The notes beneath the pieces are model-generated. The model was not told the DNA's origin and did not search any database. It saw only the letters and a program-made list of their open reading frames with translations. Source: the human T2T-CHM13v2.0 reference genome, Homo sapiens. Taken from it: a DNA stretch of 64,000 nucleotides. Below are positions 1 to 10,693 of this stretch, piece by piece. The position numbers were made by a program, and so were the translations under genes. Location: assembly GCF_009914755.1 (NCBI RefSeq), contig NC_060941.1. One strand, given 5' to 3'. How positions within the stretch are numbered: the first letter of the stretch is position 1; every line of letters begins with the position of its first letter.

Positions 1-111
1 CTTTGGGATGATTGAGTTGAACTCACAGAGCTGAGCATTCCTTGCGATGTAGCAGTTTAGAAACACACTTTCTGCAGAATCTGCAAGTGCATATTTGGAC
101 CTCTGTGAGGA

Positions 112-128
112 ATTCGTTGGAAACGGGA
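112..128 (+). promoter_or_regulatory. CENP-B box (canonical core), overlapping the HOR-defining EcoRI site; repeated at offset 112 of every unit
   Basis: ATTCGTTGGAAACGGGA matches nTTCGnnnnAnnCGGGn. Confidence 0.9.
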
Positions 129-277
129 TAATTTCAGCTGACTAAACAGAAGCAGTCTCAGAATCTTCTTTGTGATGTCTGCATTCAAATCCCCGAGTTG
201 AACTTTCCTTTCAAAGTTCACGTTTGAAACACTCTTTTTGCAGGATCTACAAGTGGATATTTGGACCACTCTGTGTC

Positions 278-294
278 CTTCGTTCGAAACGGGT
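278..294 (+). promoter_or_regulatory. CENP-B box (canonical core); repeated at offset 278 of every unit
   Basis: CTTCGTTCGAAACGGGT matches the 9 essential positions. Confidence 0.9.
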
Positions 295-448
295 ATATCT
301 TCACATGACATCTAGACAGAAGCATCCTCAGAAGCTTCTCTGTGATGACTGCATTCAACTCACGGAGTTGAACACTCCTTTTGAGAGCGCAGTTTTGAAA
401 CTCTCTTTCTGTGGCATCTGCAAGGGGACATGTAGACCTCTTTGAAGA

Positions 449-465
449 TTTCGTTGGAAACGGAA
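449..465 (+). promoter_or_regulatory. Degenerate CENP-B box (CGGA instead of CGGG), probably non-binding
   Basis: TTTCGTTGGAAACGGAA; the last core G is A in every copy inspected. Confidence 0.75.
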
Positions 466-609
466 TCATCTTCACATAAAAACTACACAGATGCATTCTC
501 AGGAACTTTTTGGTGATGTTTGTATTCAACTCCCAGAGTTGAACTTTCCTTTGGAAAGAGCAGCTATGAAACACTCTTTTTCTAGAATCTGCAAGTGGAC
601 GTTTGGAGG

Positions 610-820
610 GCTTTGTGGTTTGTGGTGGAAAAGGAAATATCTTCACCTAAATACTAGATAGAAGCATTCTCAGAAACTGCTTTGTGATGATTGCATTCAC
701 CTCACAGAGTTGAACATTCCTATTGATAGAGCAGTTTGGAAACACTCTTGTTGTGGAATGTGCAAGTGGAGATTTGGAGCGCTTTGAGGCCTATGGTAGT
801 AAAGGGAATAGCTTCATAGA
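610..820 (+). other. A-type monomer pair lacking a CENP-B box (pJalpha-type position); other A-type sites near offsets 1470, 1812, 1983 and 2659
   Basis: The box-equivalent position reads tgtggtggaaaaggaa or ctatggtagtaaagggaa rather than TTCG..CGGG, giving the order B B B* A A B B B* A B A A B B B A per unit (B* = degenerate box). Confidence 0.75.
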
Positions 821-961
821 AAAACTAGACAGAAGCATTCTCAGAAAATACTTTGTGATGATTGAGTTTAACTCACAGAGCTGAACATTCCTTTGGATGG
901 AGCAGGTTTGAGACACACTTTTTGTAGAATCTACAAGTGGATATTTGGACCTCTCTGAGGA

Positions 962-978
962 TTTCGTTGGAAACGGGA
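962..978 (+). promoter_or_regulatory. CENP-B box (canonical core); repeated at offset 962 of every unit
   Basis: TTTCGTTGGAAACGGGA. Confidence 0.9.
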
Positions 979-1127
979 TAACTGCACCTAACTAAACGGA
1001 AGCATTCTCAGAAACTTCTTGGTGATGTTTGCATTCAAATCCCAGAGTTGAACCTTCCTTTGATAGTTCAGGTTTGAAACACTCTTTTTGTAGGATCTGC
1101 AAGTGGATATTTGGACCACTCTGTGGC

Positions 1128-1144
1128 CTTCGTTCGAAACGGGT
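1128..1144 (+). promoter_or_regulatory. CENP-B box (canonical core); repeated at offset 1128 of every unit
   Basis: CTTCGTTCGAAACGGGT, 850 bp (one pentamer) after the box at 278. Confidence 0.9.
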
Positions 1145-1298
1145 ATATCTTCGCATAAAATCTAGACAGAAGCCTTCTCAGAAACTTCTCTGTGATGATT
1201 GCATTCAACTCACAGAGTTGAACCCTCCTATGGATAGAGCAGTGTTGAAACTCTCTTTTTGTGGAATCTGCAAGTGGATATGTGGACCTCTCCGAAGA

Positions 1299-1315
1299 TG
1301 TCTTTGGAAACGGGA
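1299..1315 (+). promoter_or_regulatory. Degenerate CENP-B box (GTCT instead of TTCG), probably non-binding
   Basis: TGTCTTTGGAAACGGGA; the 5' core is disrupted in every copy inspected. Confidence 0.75.
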
Positions 1316-1641
1316 ATATCTTCACATAAAAACTAAACAGAAGCATTCTCAGAAACTTCTCTGTGATGTTTGTGTTCAACTCCCAGAGTTTCACATTGCT
1401 TTTCATAGAGTAGTTCTGAAACATGCTTTTCGTAGTGTCTACAAGTGGACATTTGGAGCGCTTTCAGGCCTGTGGTGGAAAACGAATTATGGTCACATAA
1501 AAACTGGAGAGAAGCATTGTCAGAATCTTCTTTGTGATGATTGCATTCAACTCACAGAGTTGAAGGTTCCTTTTCAAAGAGCAGTTTCCAATCACTCTTT
1601 CTGTGGAATCTGCAAGTGGATATTTGGACCTATTTTGAAGA

Positions 1642-1658
1642 TTTCGTTGGAAACGGGA
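1642..1658 (+). promoter_or_regulatory. CENP-B box (canonical core); repeated at offset 1642 of every unit
   Basis: TTTCGTTGGAAACGGGA. Confidence 0.9.
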
Positions 1659-2154
1659 GAATCTTCACAGGAAAGCTAAACAGAAGCATTCTCAGAAACT
1701 TCTTTGTGATGCTTGCATTCAACTCACAGAGTTGAACTTTCCTTTCGAGAGAGAAGCTTTGAAACACTCTTTTTCCAGAATCTGCAAGTGGACATTTGGA
1801 GGGCTTTGAGGCCTGTGGTGGAAAAGGAATTATCTTCCCGTAAAAGCTAGATAGAAGCATTCTCAGAAACTACTTTGTGATGATTGCATTCAAGTCACAG
1901 AGTTGAACATTCCCTTTGACAGAGCAGTTTGGAAACTCTCTTTGTGTAGAATCTGCAAGTGGAGATACGGACCGCTTTGAGGCCTATGGTAGTAAAGGAA
2001 ATAGCTTCATATAAAAGCTAGACAGTAGCATTCACAGAAAACTCTTGGTGACGACTGAGTTTAACTCACAGAGCTGAACATTCCTTTGGATGGAGCAGTT
2101 TCGAAACACACTATTTGTAGAATGTGCAAGTGGATATTTAGGCCTCTCTGAGGA

Positions 2155-2506
2155 TTTCGTTGGAAACGGGATAAACCGCACAGAACTAAACAGAAGCATT
2201 CTCAGAACCTTCTTCGTGATGTTTGCATTCAACTCACAGTGTTGAACCTTTCTTTGATAGTTCAGGTTTGAAACGGTCTTTCTGTAGAAACTGCAAGTAG
2301 ATATTTGGACCTCTCTGAGGATTTCGTTGGAAACGGGATAACCCGCACAGAACTAAAACAGAAGCATTCTCAGAACCCTCTTCGTGATGTTTGCATTCAA
2401 CTCACAGTGCTGAACCTTTCTTTGATAGTTCAGCTTTGAAACACTCTTTTTGTAGAAACTGCAAGTGGATATTTGGTCCTCTCTGAGCATTTCGTTGGAA
2501 ACGGGA
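2155..2506 (+). promoter_or_regulatory. Run of three consecutive CENP-B boxes (2155-2171, 2322-2338, 2490-2506) in three adjacent W1-like monomers
   Basis: Three copies of TTTCGTTGGAAACGGGA spaced 167 and 168 bp apart, each followed by ata(a/c)..gcacagaactaaa. Confidence 0.9.
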
Positions 2507-5500
2507 TAAACTGCACAGAACTAAACAGAAGCATTCTCAGAACCTTCTTCGTGATGTCTGCATTCAACTCACAGTGTGGAACCTTTCTTTGATAGTTCAG
2601 GTTTGAAACACTCTTTTTGTAGAAACTGCAAGGGGATCATTGCACTCTTTGAGGAGTACCGTAGTAAAGGAAATAACTTCCTATAAAAAGAAGACAGAAG
2701 CTTTCTCAGAAAATTCTTTGGGATGATTGAGTTGAACTCACAGAGCTGAGCATTCCTTGCGATGTAGCAGTTTAGAAACACACTTTCTGCAGAATCTGCA
2801 AGTGCATATTTGGACCTCTCTGAGGAATTCGTTGGAAACGGGATAATTTCAGCTGACTAAACAGAAGCAGTCTCAGAATCTTCTTTGTGATGTTTGCATT
2901 CAAATCCCCGAGTTGAACTTTCCTTTCAAAGTTCACGTTTGAAACACTCTTTTTGCAGGATCTACAAGTGGATATTTGGACCACTCTGTGTCCTTCGTTC
3001 GAAACGGGTATATCTTCACATGACATCTAGACAGAAGCATTCTCAGAAGCTTCTCTGTGATGACTGCATTCAACTCACGGAGTTGAACACTCCTTTTGAG
3101 AGCGCAGTTTTGAAACTCTCTTTCTGTGGCATCTGCAAGGGGACATGTAGACCTCTTTGAAGATTTCGTTGGAAACGGAATCATCTTCACATAAAAACTA
3201 TACAGATGCATTCTCAGGAACTTTTTGGTGATGTTTGTATTCAACTCCCAGAGTTGAACTTTCCTTTGGAAAGAGCAGCTATGAAACACTGTTTTTCTAG
3301 AATCTGCAAGTGGACGTTTGGAGGGCTTTGTGGTTTGTGGTGGAAAAGGAAATATCTTCACCTAAATACTAGATAGAAGCATTCTCAGAAACTGCTTTGT
3401 GATGATTGCATTCACCTCACAGAGTTGAACATTCCTATTGATAGAGCAGTTTGGAAACACTCTTGTTGTGGAATGTGCAAGTGGAGATTTGGAGCGCTTT
3501 GAGGCCTATGGTAGTAAAGGGAATAGCTTCATAGAAAAACTAGACAGAAGCATTCTCAGAAAATACTTTGTGATGATTGAGTTTAACTCACAGAGCTGAA
3601 CATTCCTTTGGATGGAGCAGGTTTGAGACACACTTTTTGTAGAATCTACAAGTGGATATTTGGACCTCTCTGAGGATTTCGTTGGAAACGGGATAACTGC
3701 ACCTAACTAAACGGAAGCATTCTCAGAAACTTCTTGATGATGTTTGCATTCAAATCCCAGAGTTGAACCTTCCTTTGATAGTTCAGGTTTGAAACACTCT
3801 TTTTGTAGGATCTGCAAGTGGATATTTGGACCACTCTGTGGCCTTCGTTCGAAACGGGTATATCTTCGCATAAAATCTAGACAGAAGCCTTCTCAGAAAC
3901 TTCTCTGTGATGATTGCATTCAACTCACAGAGTTGAACCCTCCTATGGATAGAGCAGTGTTGAAACTCTCTTTTTGTGGAATCTGCAAGTGGATATGTGG
4001 ACCTCTCCGAAGATGTCTTTGGAAACGGGAATATCTTCACATAAAAACTAAACAGAAGCATTCTCAGAAACTTCTCTGTGATGTTTGTGTTCAACTCCCA
4101 GAGTTTCACATTGCTTTTCATAGAGTAGTTCTGAAACATGCTTTTCGTAGTGTCTACAAGTGGACATTTGGAGCGCTTTCAGGCCTGTGGTGGAAAACGA
4201 ATTATGGTCACATAAAAACTGGAGAGAAGCATTGTCAGAAACTTCTTTGTGATGATTGCATTCAACTCACAGAGTTGAAGGTTCCTTTTCAAAGAGCAGT
4301 TTCCAATCACTCTTTCTGTGGAATCTGCAAGTGGATATTTGGACCTATTTTGAAGATTTCGTTGGAAACGGGAGAATCTTCACAGGAAAGCTAAACAGAA
4401 GCATTCTCAGAAACTTCTTTGTGATGCTTGCATTCAACTCACAGAGTTGAACTTTCCTTTCGAGAGAGAAGCTTTGAAACACTCTTTTTCCAGAATCTGC
4501 AAGTGGACATTTGGAGGGCTTTGAGGCCTGTGGTGGAAAAGGAATTATCTTCCCGTAAAAGCTAGATAGAAGCATTCTCAGAAACTACTTTGTGATGATT
4601 GCATTCAAGTCACAGAGTTGAACATTCCCTTTGACAGAGCAGTTTGGAAACTCTCTTTGTGTAGAATCTGCAAGTGGAGATACGGACCGCTTTGAGGCCT
4701 ATGGTAGTAAAGGAAATAGCTTCATATAAAAGCTAGACAGTAGCATTCACAGAAAACTCTTGGTGACGACTGAGTTTAACTCACAGAGCTGAACATTCCT
4801 TTGGATGGAGCAGTTTCGAAACACACTATTTGTAGAATGTGCAAGTGGATATTTAGGCCTCTCTGAGGATTTCGTTGGAAACGGGATAAACCGCACAGAA
4901 CTAAACAGAAGCATTCTCAGAACCTTCTTCGTGATGTTTGCATTCAACTCACAGTGTTGAACCTTTCTTTGATAGTTCAGGTTTGAAACGGTCTTTCTGT
5001 AGAAACTGCAAGTAGATATTTGGACCTCTCTGAGGATTTCGTTGGAAACGGGATAACCCGCACAGAACTAAAACAGAAGCATTCTCAGAACCCTCTTCGT
5101 GATGTTTGCATTCAACTCACAGTGCTGAACCTTTCTTTGATAGTTCAGCTTTGAAACACTCTTTTTGTAGAAACTGCAAGTGGATATTTGGTCCTCTCTG
5201 AGCATTTCGTTGGAAACGGGATAAACTGCACAGAACTAAACAGAAGCATTCTCAGAACCTTCTTCGTGATGTCTGCATTCAACTCACAGTGTGGAACCTT
5301 TCTTTGATAGTTCAGGTTTGAAACACTCTTTTTGTAGAAACTGCAAGGGGATCATTGCACTCTTTGAGGAGTACCGTAGTAAAGGAAATAACTTCCTATA
5401 AAAAGAAGACAGAAGCTTTCTCAGAAAATTCTTTGGGATGATTGAGTTGAACTCACAGAGCTGAGCATTCCTTGCGATGTAGCAGTTTAGAAACACACTT

Positions 5501-8145
5501 TCTGCAGAATCTGCAAGTGCATATTTGGACCTCTCTGAGGAATTCGTTGGAAACGGGATAATTTCAGCTGACTAAACAGAAGCAGTCTCAGAATCTTCTT
5601 TGTGATGTTTGCATTCAAATCCCCGAGTTGAACTTTCCTTTCAAAGTTCACGTTTGAAACACTCTTTTTGCAGGATCTACAAGTGGATATTTGGACCACT
5701 CTGTGTCCTTCGTTCGAAACGGGTATATCTTCACATGACATCTAGACAGAAGCATTCTCAGAAGCTTCTCTGTGATGACTGCATTCAACTCACGGAGTTG
5801 AACACTCCTTTTGAGAGCGCAGTTTTGAAACTCTCTTTCTGTGGCATCTGCAAGGGGACATGTAGACCTCTTTGAAGATTTCGTTGGAAACGGAATCATC
5901 TTCACATAAAAACTATACAGATGCATTCTCAGGAACATTTTGGTGATGTTTGTATTCAACTCCCAGAGTTGAACTTTCCTTTGGAAAGAGCAGCTATGAG
6001 ACACTGTTTCTCTAGAATCTGCAAGTGGACGTTTGGAGGGCTTTGTGGTTTGTGGTGGAAAAGGAAATATCTTCACCTAAATACTAGATAGAAGCATTCT
6101 CAGAAACTGCTTTGTGATGATTGCATTCACCTCACAGAGTTGAACATTCCTATTGATAGAGCAGTTTGGAAACACTCTTGTTGTGGAATGTGCAAGTGGA
6201 GATTTGGAGCGCTTTGAGGCCTATGGTAGTAAAGGGAATAGCTTCATAGAAAAACTAGACAGAAGCATTCTCAGAAAATACTTTGTGATGATTGAGTTTA
6301 ACTCACAGAGCTGAACATTCCTTTGGATGGAGCAGGTTTGAGACACACTTTTTGTAGAATCTACAAGTGGATATTTGGACCTCTCTGAGGATTTCGTTGG
6401 AAACGGGATAACTGCACCTAACTAAACGGAAGCATTCTCAGAAACTTCTTGGTGATGTTTGCATTCAAATCCCAGAGTTGAACCTTCCTTTGATAGTTCA
6501 GGTTTGAAACACTCTTTTTGTAGGATCTGCAAGTGGATATTTGGACCACTCTGTGGCCTTCGTTCGAAACGGGTATATCTTCGCATAAAATCTAGACAGA
6601 AGCCTTCTCAGAAACTTCTCTGTGATGATTGCATTCAACTCACAGAGTTGAACCCTCCTATGGATAGAGCAGTGTTGAAACTCTCTTTTTGTGGAATCTG
6701 CAAGTGGATATGTGGACCTCTCCGAAGATGTCTTTGGAAACGGGAATATCTTCACATAAAAACTAAACAGAAGCATTCTCAGAAACTTCTCTGTGATGTT
6801 TGTGTTCAACTCCCAGAGTTTCACATTGCTTTTCATAGAGTAGTTCTGAAACATGCTTTTCGTAGTGTCTACAAGTGGACATTTGGAGCGCTTTCAGGCC
6901 TGTGGTGGAAAACGAATTATGGTCACATAAAAACTGGAGAGAAGCATTGTCAGAAACTTCTTTGTGATGATTGCATTCAACTCACAGAGTTGAAGGTTCC
7001 TTTTCAAAGAGCAGTTTCCAATCACTCTTTCTGTGGAATCTGCAAGTGGATATTTGGACCTATTTTGAAGATTTCGTTGGAAACGGGAGAATCTTCACAG
7101 GAAAGCTAAACAGAAGCATTCTCAGAAACTTCTTTGTGATGCTTGCATTCAACTCACAGAGTTGAACTTTCCTTTCGAGAGAGAAGCTTTGAAACACTCT
7201 TTTTCCAGAATCTGCAAGTGGACATTTGGAGGGCTTTGAGGCCTGTGGTGGAAAAGGAATTATCTTCCCGTAAAAGCTAGATAGAAGCATTCTCAGAAAC
7301 TACTTTGTGATGATTGCATTCAAGTCACAGAGTTGAACATTCCCTTTGACAGAGCAGTTTGGAAACTCTCTTTGTGTAGAATCTGCAAGTGGAGATATGG
7401 ACCGCTTTGAGGCCTATGGTAGTAAAGGAAATAGCTTCATATAAAAGCTAGACAGTAGCATTCACAGAAAACTCTTGGTGACGACTGAGTTTAACTCACA
7501 GAGCTGAACATTCCTTTGGATGGAGCAGTTTCGAAACACACTATTTGTAGAATGTGCAAGTGGATATTTAGGCCTCTCTGAGGATTTCGTTGGAAACGGG
7601 ATAAACCGCACAGAACTAAACAGAAGCATTCTCAGAACCTTCTTCGTGATGTTTGCATTCAACTCACAGTGTTGAACCTTTCTTTGATAGTTCAGGTTTG
7701 AAACGGTCTTTCTGTAGAAACTGCAAGTAGATATTTGGACCTCTCTGAGGATTTCGTTGGAAACGGGATAACCCGCACAGAACTAAAACAGAAGCATTCT
7801 CAGAACCCTCTTCGTGATGTTTGCATTCAACTCACAGTGCTGAACCTTTCTTTGATAGTTCAGCTTTGAAACACTCTTTTTGTAGAAACTGCAAGTGGAT
7901 ATTTGGTCCTCTCTGAGCATTTCGTTGGAAACGGGATAAACTGCACAGAACTAAACAGAAGCATTCTCAGAACCTTCTTCGTGATGTCTGCATTCAACTC
8001 ACAGTGTGGAACCTTTCTTTGATAGTTCAGGTTTGAAACACTCTTTTTGTAGAAACTGCAAGGGGATCATTGCACTCTTTGAGGAGTACCGTAGTAAAGG
8101 AAATAACTTCCTATAAAAAGAAGACAGAAGCTTTCTCAGAAAATT

Positions 8146-10693
8146 CTTTGGGATGATTGAGTTGAACTCACAGAGCTGAGCATTCCTTGCGATGTAGCAG
8201 TTTAGAAACACACTTTCTGCAGAATCTGCAAGTGCATATTTGGACCTCTGTGAGGAATTCGTTGGAAACGGGATAATTTCAGCTGACTAAACAGAAGCAG
8301 TCTCAGAATCTTCTTTGTGATGTTTGCATTCAAATCCCCGAGTTGAACTTTCCTTTCAAAGTTCACGTTTGAAACACTCTTTTTGCAGGATCTACAAGTG
8401 GATATTTGGACCACTCTGTGTCCTTCGTTCGAAACGGGTATATCTTCACATGACATCTAGACAGAAGCATCCTCAGAAGCTTCTCTGTGATGACTGCATT
8501 CAACTCACGGAGTTGAACACTCCTTTTGAGAGCGCAGTTTTGAAACTCTCTTTCTGTGGCATCTGCAAGGGGACATGTAGACCTCTTTGAAGATTTCGTT
8601 GGAAACGGAATCATCTTCACATAAAAACTATACAGATGCATTCTCAGGAACTTTTTGGTGATGTTTGTATTCAACTCCCAGAGTTGAACTTTCCTTTGGA
8701 AAGAGCAGCTATGAAACACTGTTTCTCTAGAATCTGCAAGTGGACGTTTGGAGGGCTTTGTGGTTTGTGGTGGAAAAGGAAATATCTTCACCTAAATACT
8801 AGATAGAAGCATTCTCAGAAACTGCTTTGTGATGATTGCATTCACCTCACAGAGTTGAACATTCCTATTGATAGAGCAGTTTGGAAACACTCTTGTTGTG
8901 GAATGTGCAAGTGGAGATTTGGAGCGCTTTGAGGCCTATGGTAGTAAAGGGAATAGCTTCATAGAAAAACTAGACAGAAGCATTCTCAGAATATACTTTG
9001 TGATGATTGAGTTTAACTCACAGAGCTGAACATTCCTTTGGATGGAGCAGGTTTGAGACACACTTTTTGTAGAATCTACAAGTGGATATTTGGACCTCTC
9101 TGAGGATTTCGTTGGAAACGGGATAACTGCACCTAACTAAACGGAAGCATTCTCAGAAACTTCTTGGTGATGTTTGCATTCAAATCCCAGAGTTGAACCT
9201 TCCTTTGATAGTTCAGGTTTGAAACACTCTTTTTGTAGGATCTGCAAGTGGATATTTGGACCACTCTGTGGCCTTCGTTCGAAACGGGTATATCTTCGCA
9301 TAAAATCTAGACAGAAGCCTTCTCAGAAACTTCTCTGTGATGATTGCATTCAACTCACAGAGTTGAACCCTCCTATGGATAGAGCAGTGTTGAAACTCTC
9401 TTTTTGTGGAATCTGCAAGTGGATATGTGGACCTCTCCGAAGATGTCTTTGGAAACGGGAATATCTTCACATAAAAACTAAACAGAAGCATTCTCAGAAA
9501 CTTCTCTGTGATGTTTGTGTTCAACTCCCAGAGTTTCACATTGCTTTTCATAGAGTAGTTCTGAAACATGCTTTTCGTAGTGTCTACAAGTGGACATTTG
9601 GAGCGCTTTCAGGCCTGTGGTGGAAAACGAATTATGGTCACATAAAAACTGGAGAGAAGCATTGTCAGAAACTTCTTTGTGATGATTGCATTCAACTCAC
9701 AGAGTTGAAGGTTCCTTTTCAAAGAGCAGTTTCCAATCACTCTTTGTGTGGAATCTGCAAGTGGATATTTGGACCTATTTTGAAGATTTCGTTGGAAACG
9801 GGAGAATCTTCACAGGAAAGCTAAACAGAAGCATTCTCAGAAACTTCTTTGTGATGCTTGCATTCAACTCACAGAGTTGAACTTTCCTTTCGAGAGAGAA
9901 GCTTTGAAACACTCTTTTTCCAGAATCTGCAAGTGGACATTTGGAGGGCTTTGAGGCCTGTGGTGGAAAAGGAATTATCTTCCCGTAAAAGCTAGATAGA
10001 AGCATTCTCAGAAACTACTTTGTGATGATTGCATTCAAGTCACAGAGTTGAACATTCCCTTTGACAGAGCAGTTTGGAAACTCTCTTTGTGTAGAATCTG
10101 CAAGTGGAGATATGGACCGCTTTGAGGCCTATGGTAGTAAAGGAAATAGCTTCATATAAAAGCTAGACAGTAGCATTCACAGAAAACTCTTGGTGACGAC
10201 TGAGTTTAACTCACAGAGCTGAACATTCCTTTGGATGGAGCAGTTTCGAAACACACTATTTGTAGAATGTGCAAGTGGATATTTAGGCCTCTCTGAGGAT
10301 TTCGTTGGAAACGGGATAAACCGCACAGAACTAAACAGAAGCATTCTCAGAACCTTCTTCGTGATGTTTGCATTCAACTCACAGTGTTGAACCTTTCTTT
10401 GATAGTTCAGGTTTGAAACGGTCTTTCTGTAGAAACTGCAAGTAGATATTTGGACCTCTCTGAGGATTTCGTTGGAAACGGGATAACCCGCACAGAACTA
10501 AAACAGAAGCATTCTCAGAACCCTCTTCGTGATGTTTGCATTCAACTCACAGTGCTGAACCTTTCTTTGATAGTTCAGGTTTGAAACACTCTTTCTGTAG
10601 AAACTGCAAGGGGATAATTGCACTCTTTGAGGAGTACCGTAGTAAAGGAAATAACTTCCTATAAAAAGAAGACAGAAGCTTTCTCAGAAAATT
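8146..10693 (+). repeat. 15-mer variant HOR (unit 4, 2548 bp; 167 bp deletion)
   Basis: Next unit start is 10694, 167 bp early; hybrid monomer agtgctgaacctttctttgatagttcaggtttg at 10551-10583; only two CENP-B boxes in the normally triple run. Confidence 0.96.

Larger units (their letters stand above)
1..8145 (+). repeat. Three canonical 16-mer HOR copies (units 1-3, 2715 bp each)
   Basis: ctttgggatgattgagttgaac recurs at 1, 2716, 5431, 8146. Monomer landmarks in the first period at 147, 317, 488, 659, 830, 997, 1167, 1338, 1509, 1681, 1852, 2023, 2191, 2359, 2526, 2695, then 2862 (16 monomers summing to 2715). Confidence 0.97.

Noticed and set aside
1029-1679. 216 aa plus-strand ORF repeated in every HOR, with internal ~57 aa Cys/His-containing repeats that look superficially zinc-finger-like
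   Set aside because: It starts at TTG, lies wholly in alpha satellite, and its periodicity just reflects ~171 bp monomers; its conservation equals that of the surrounding satellite, and unit 8 carries a stop at 20126-20128. There is no evidence for coding function.
330-2107. Short perfect palindromes AGAAGCTTCT (330-339) and GTTTCGAAAC (2098-2107) as possible cruciform or terminator elements
   Set aside because: They are only 10 bp, roughly what is expected by chance in 2.7 kb of AT-rich sequence, and too short to argue for stable structure.
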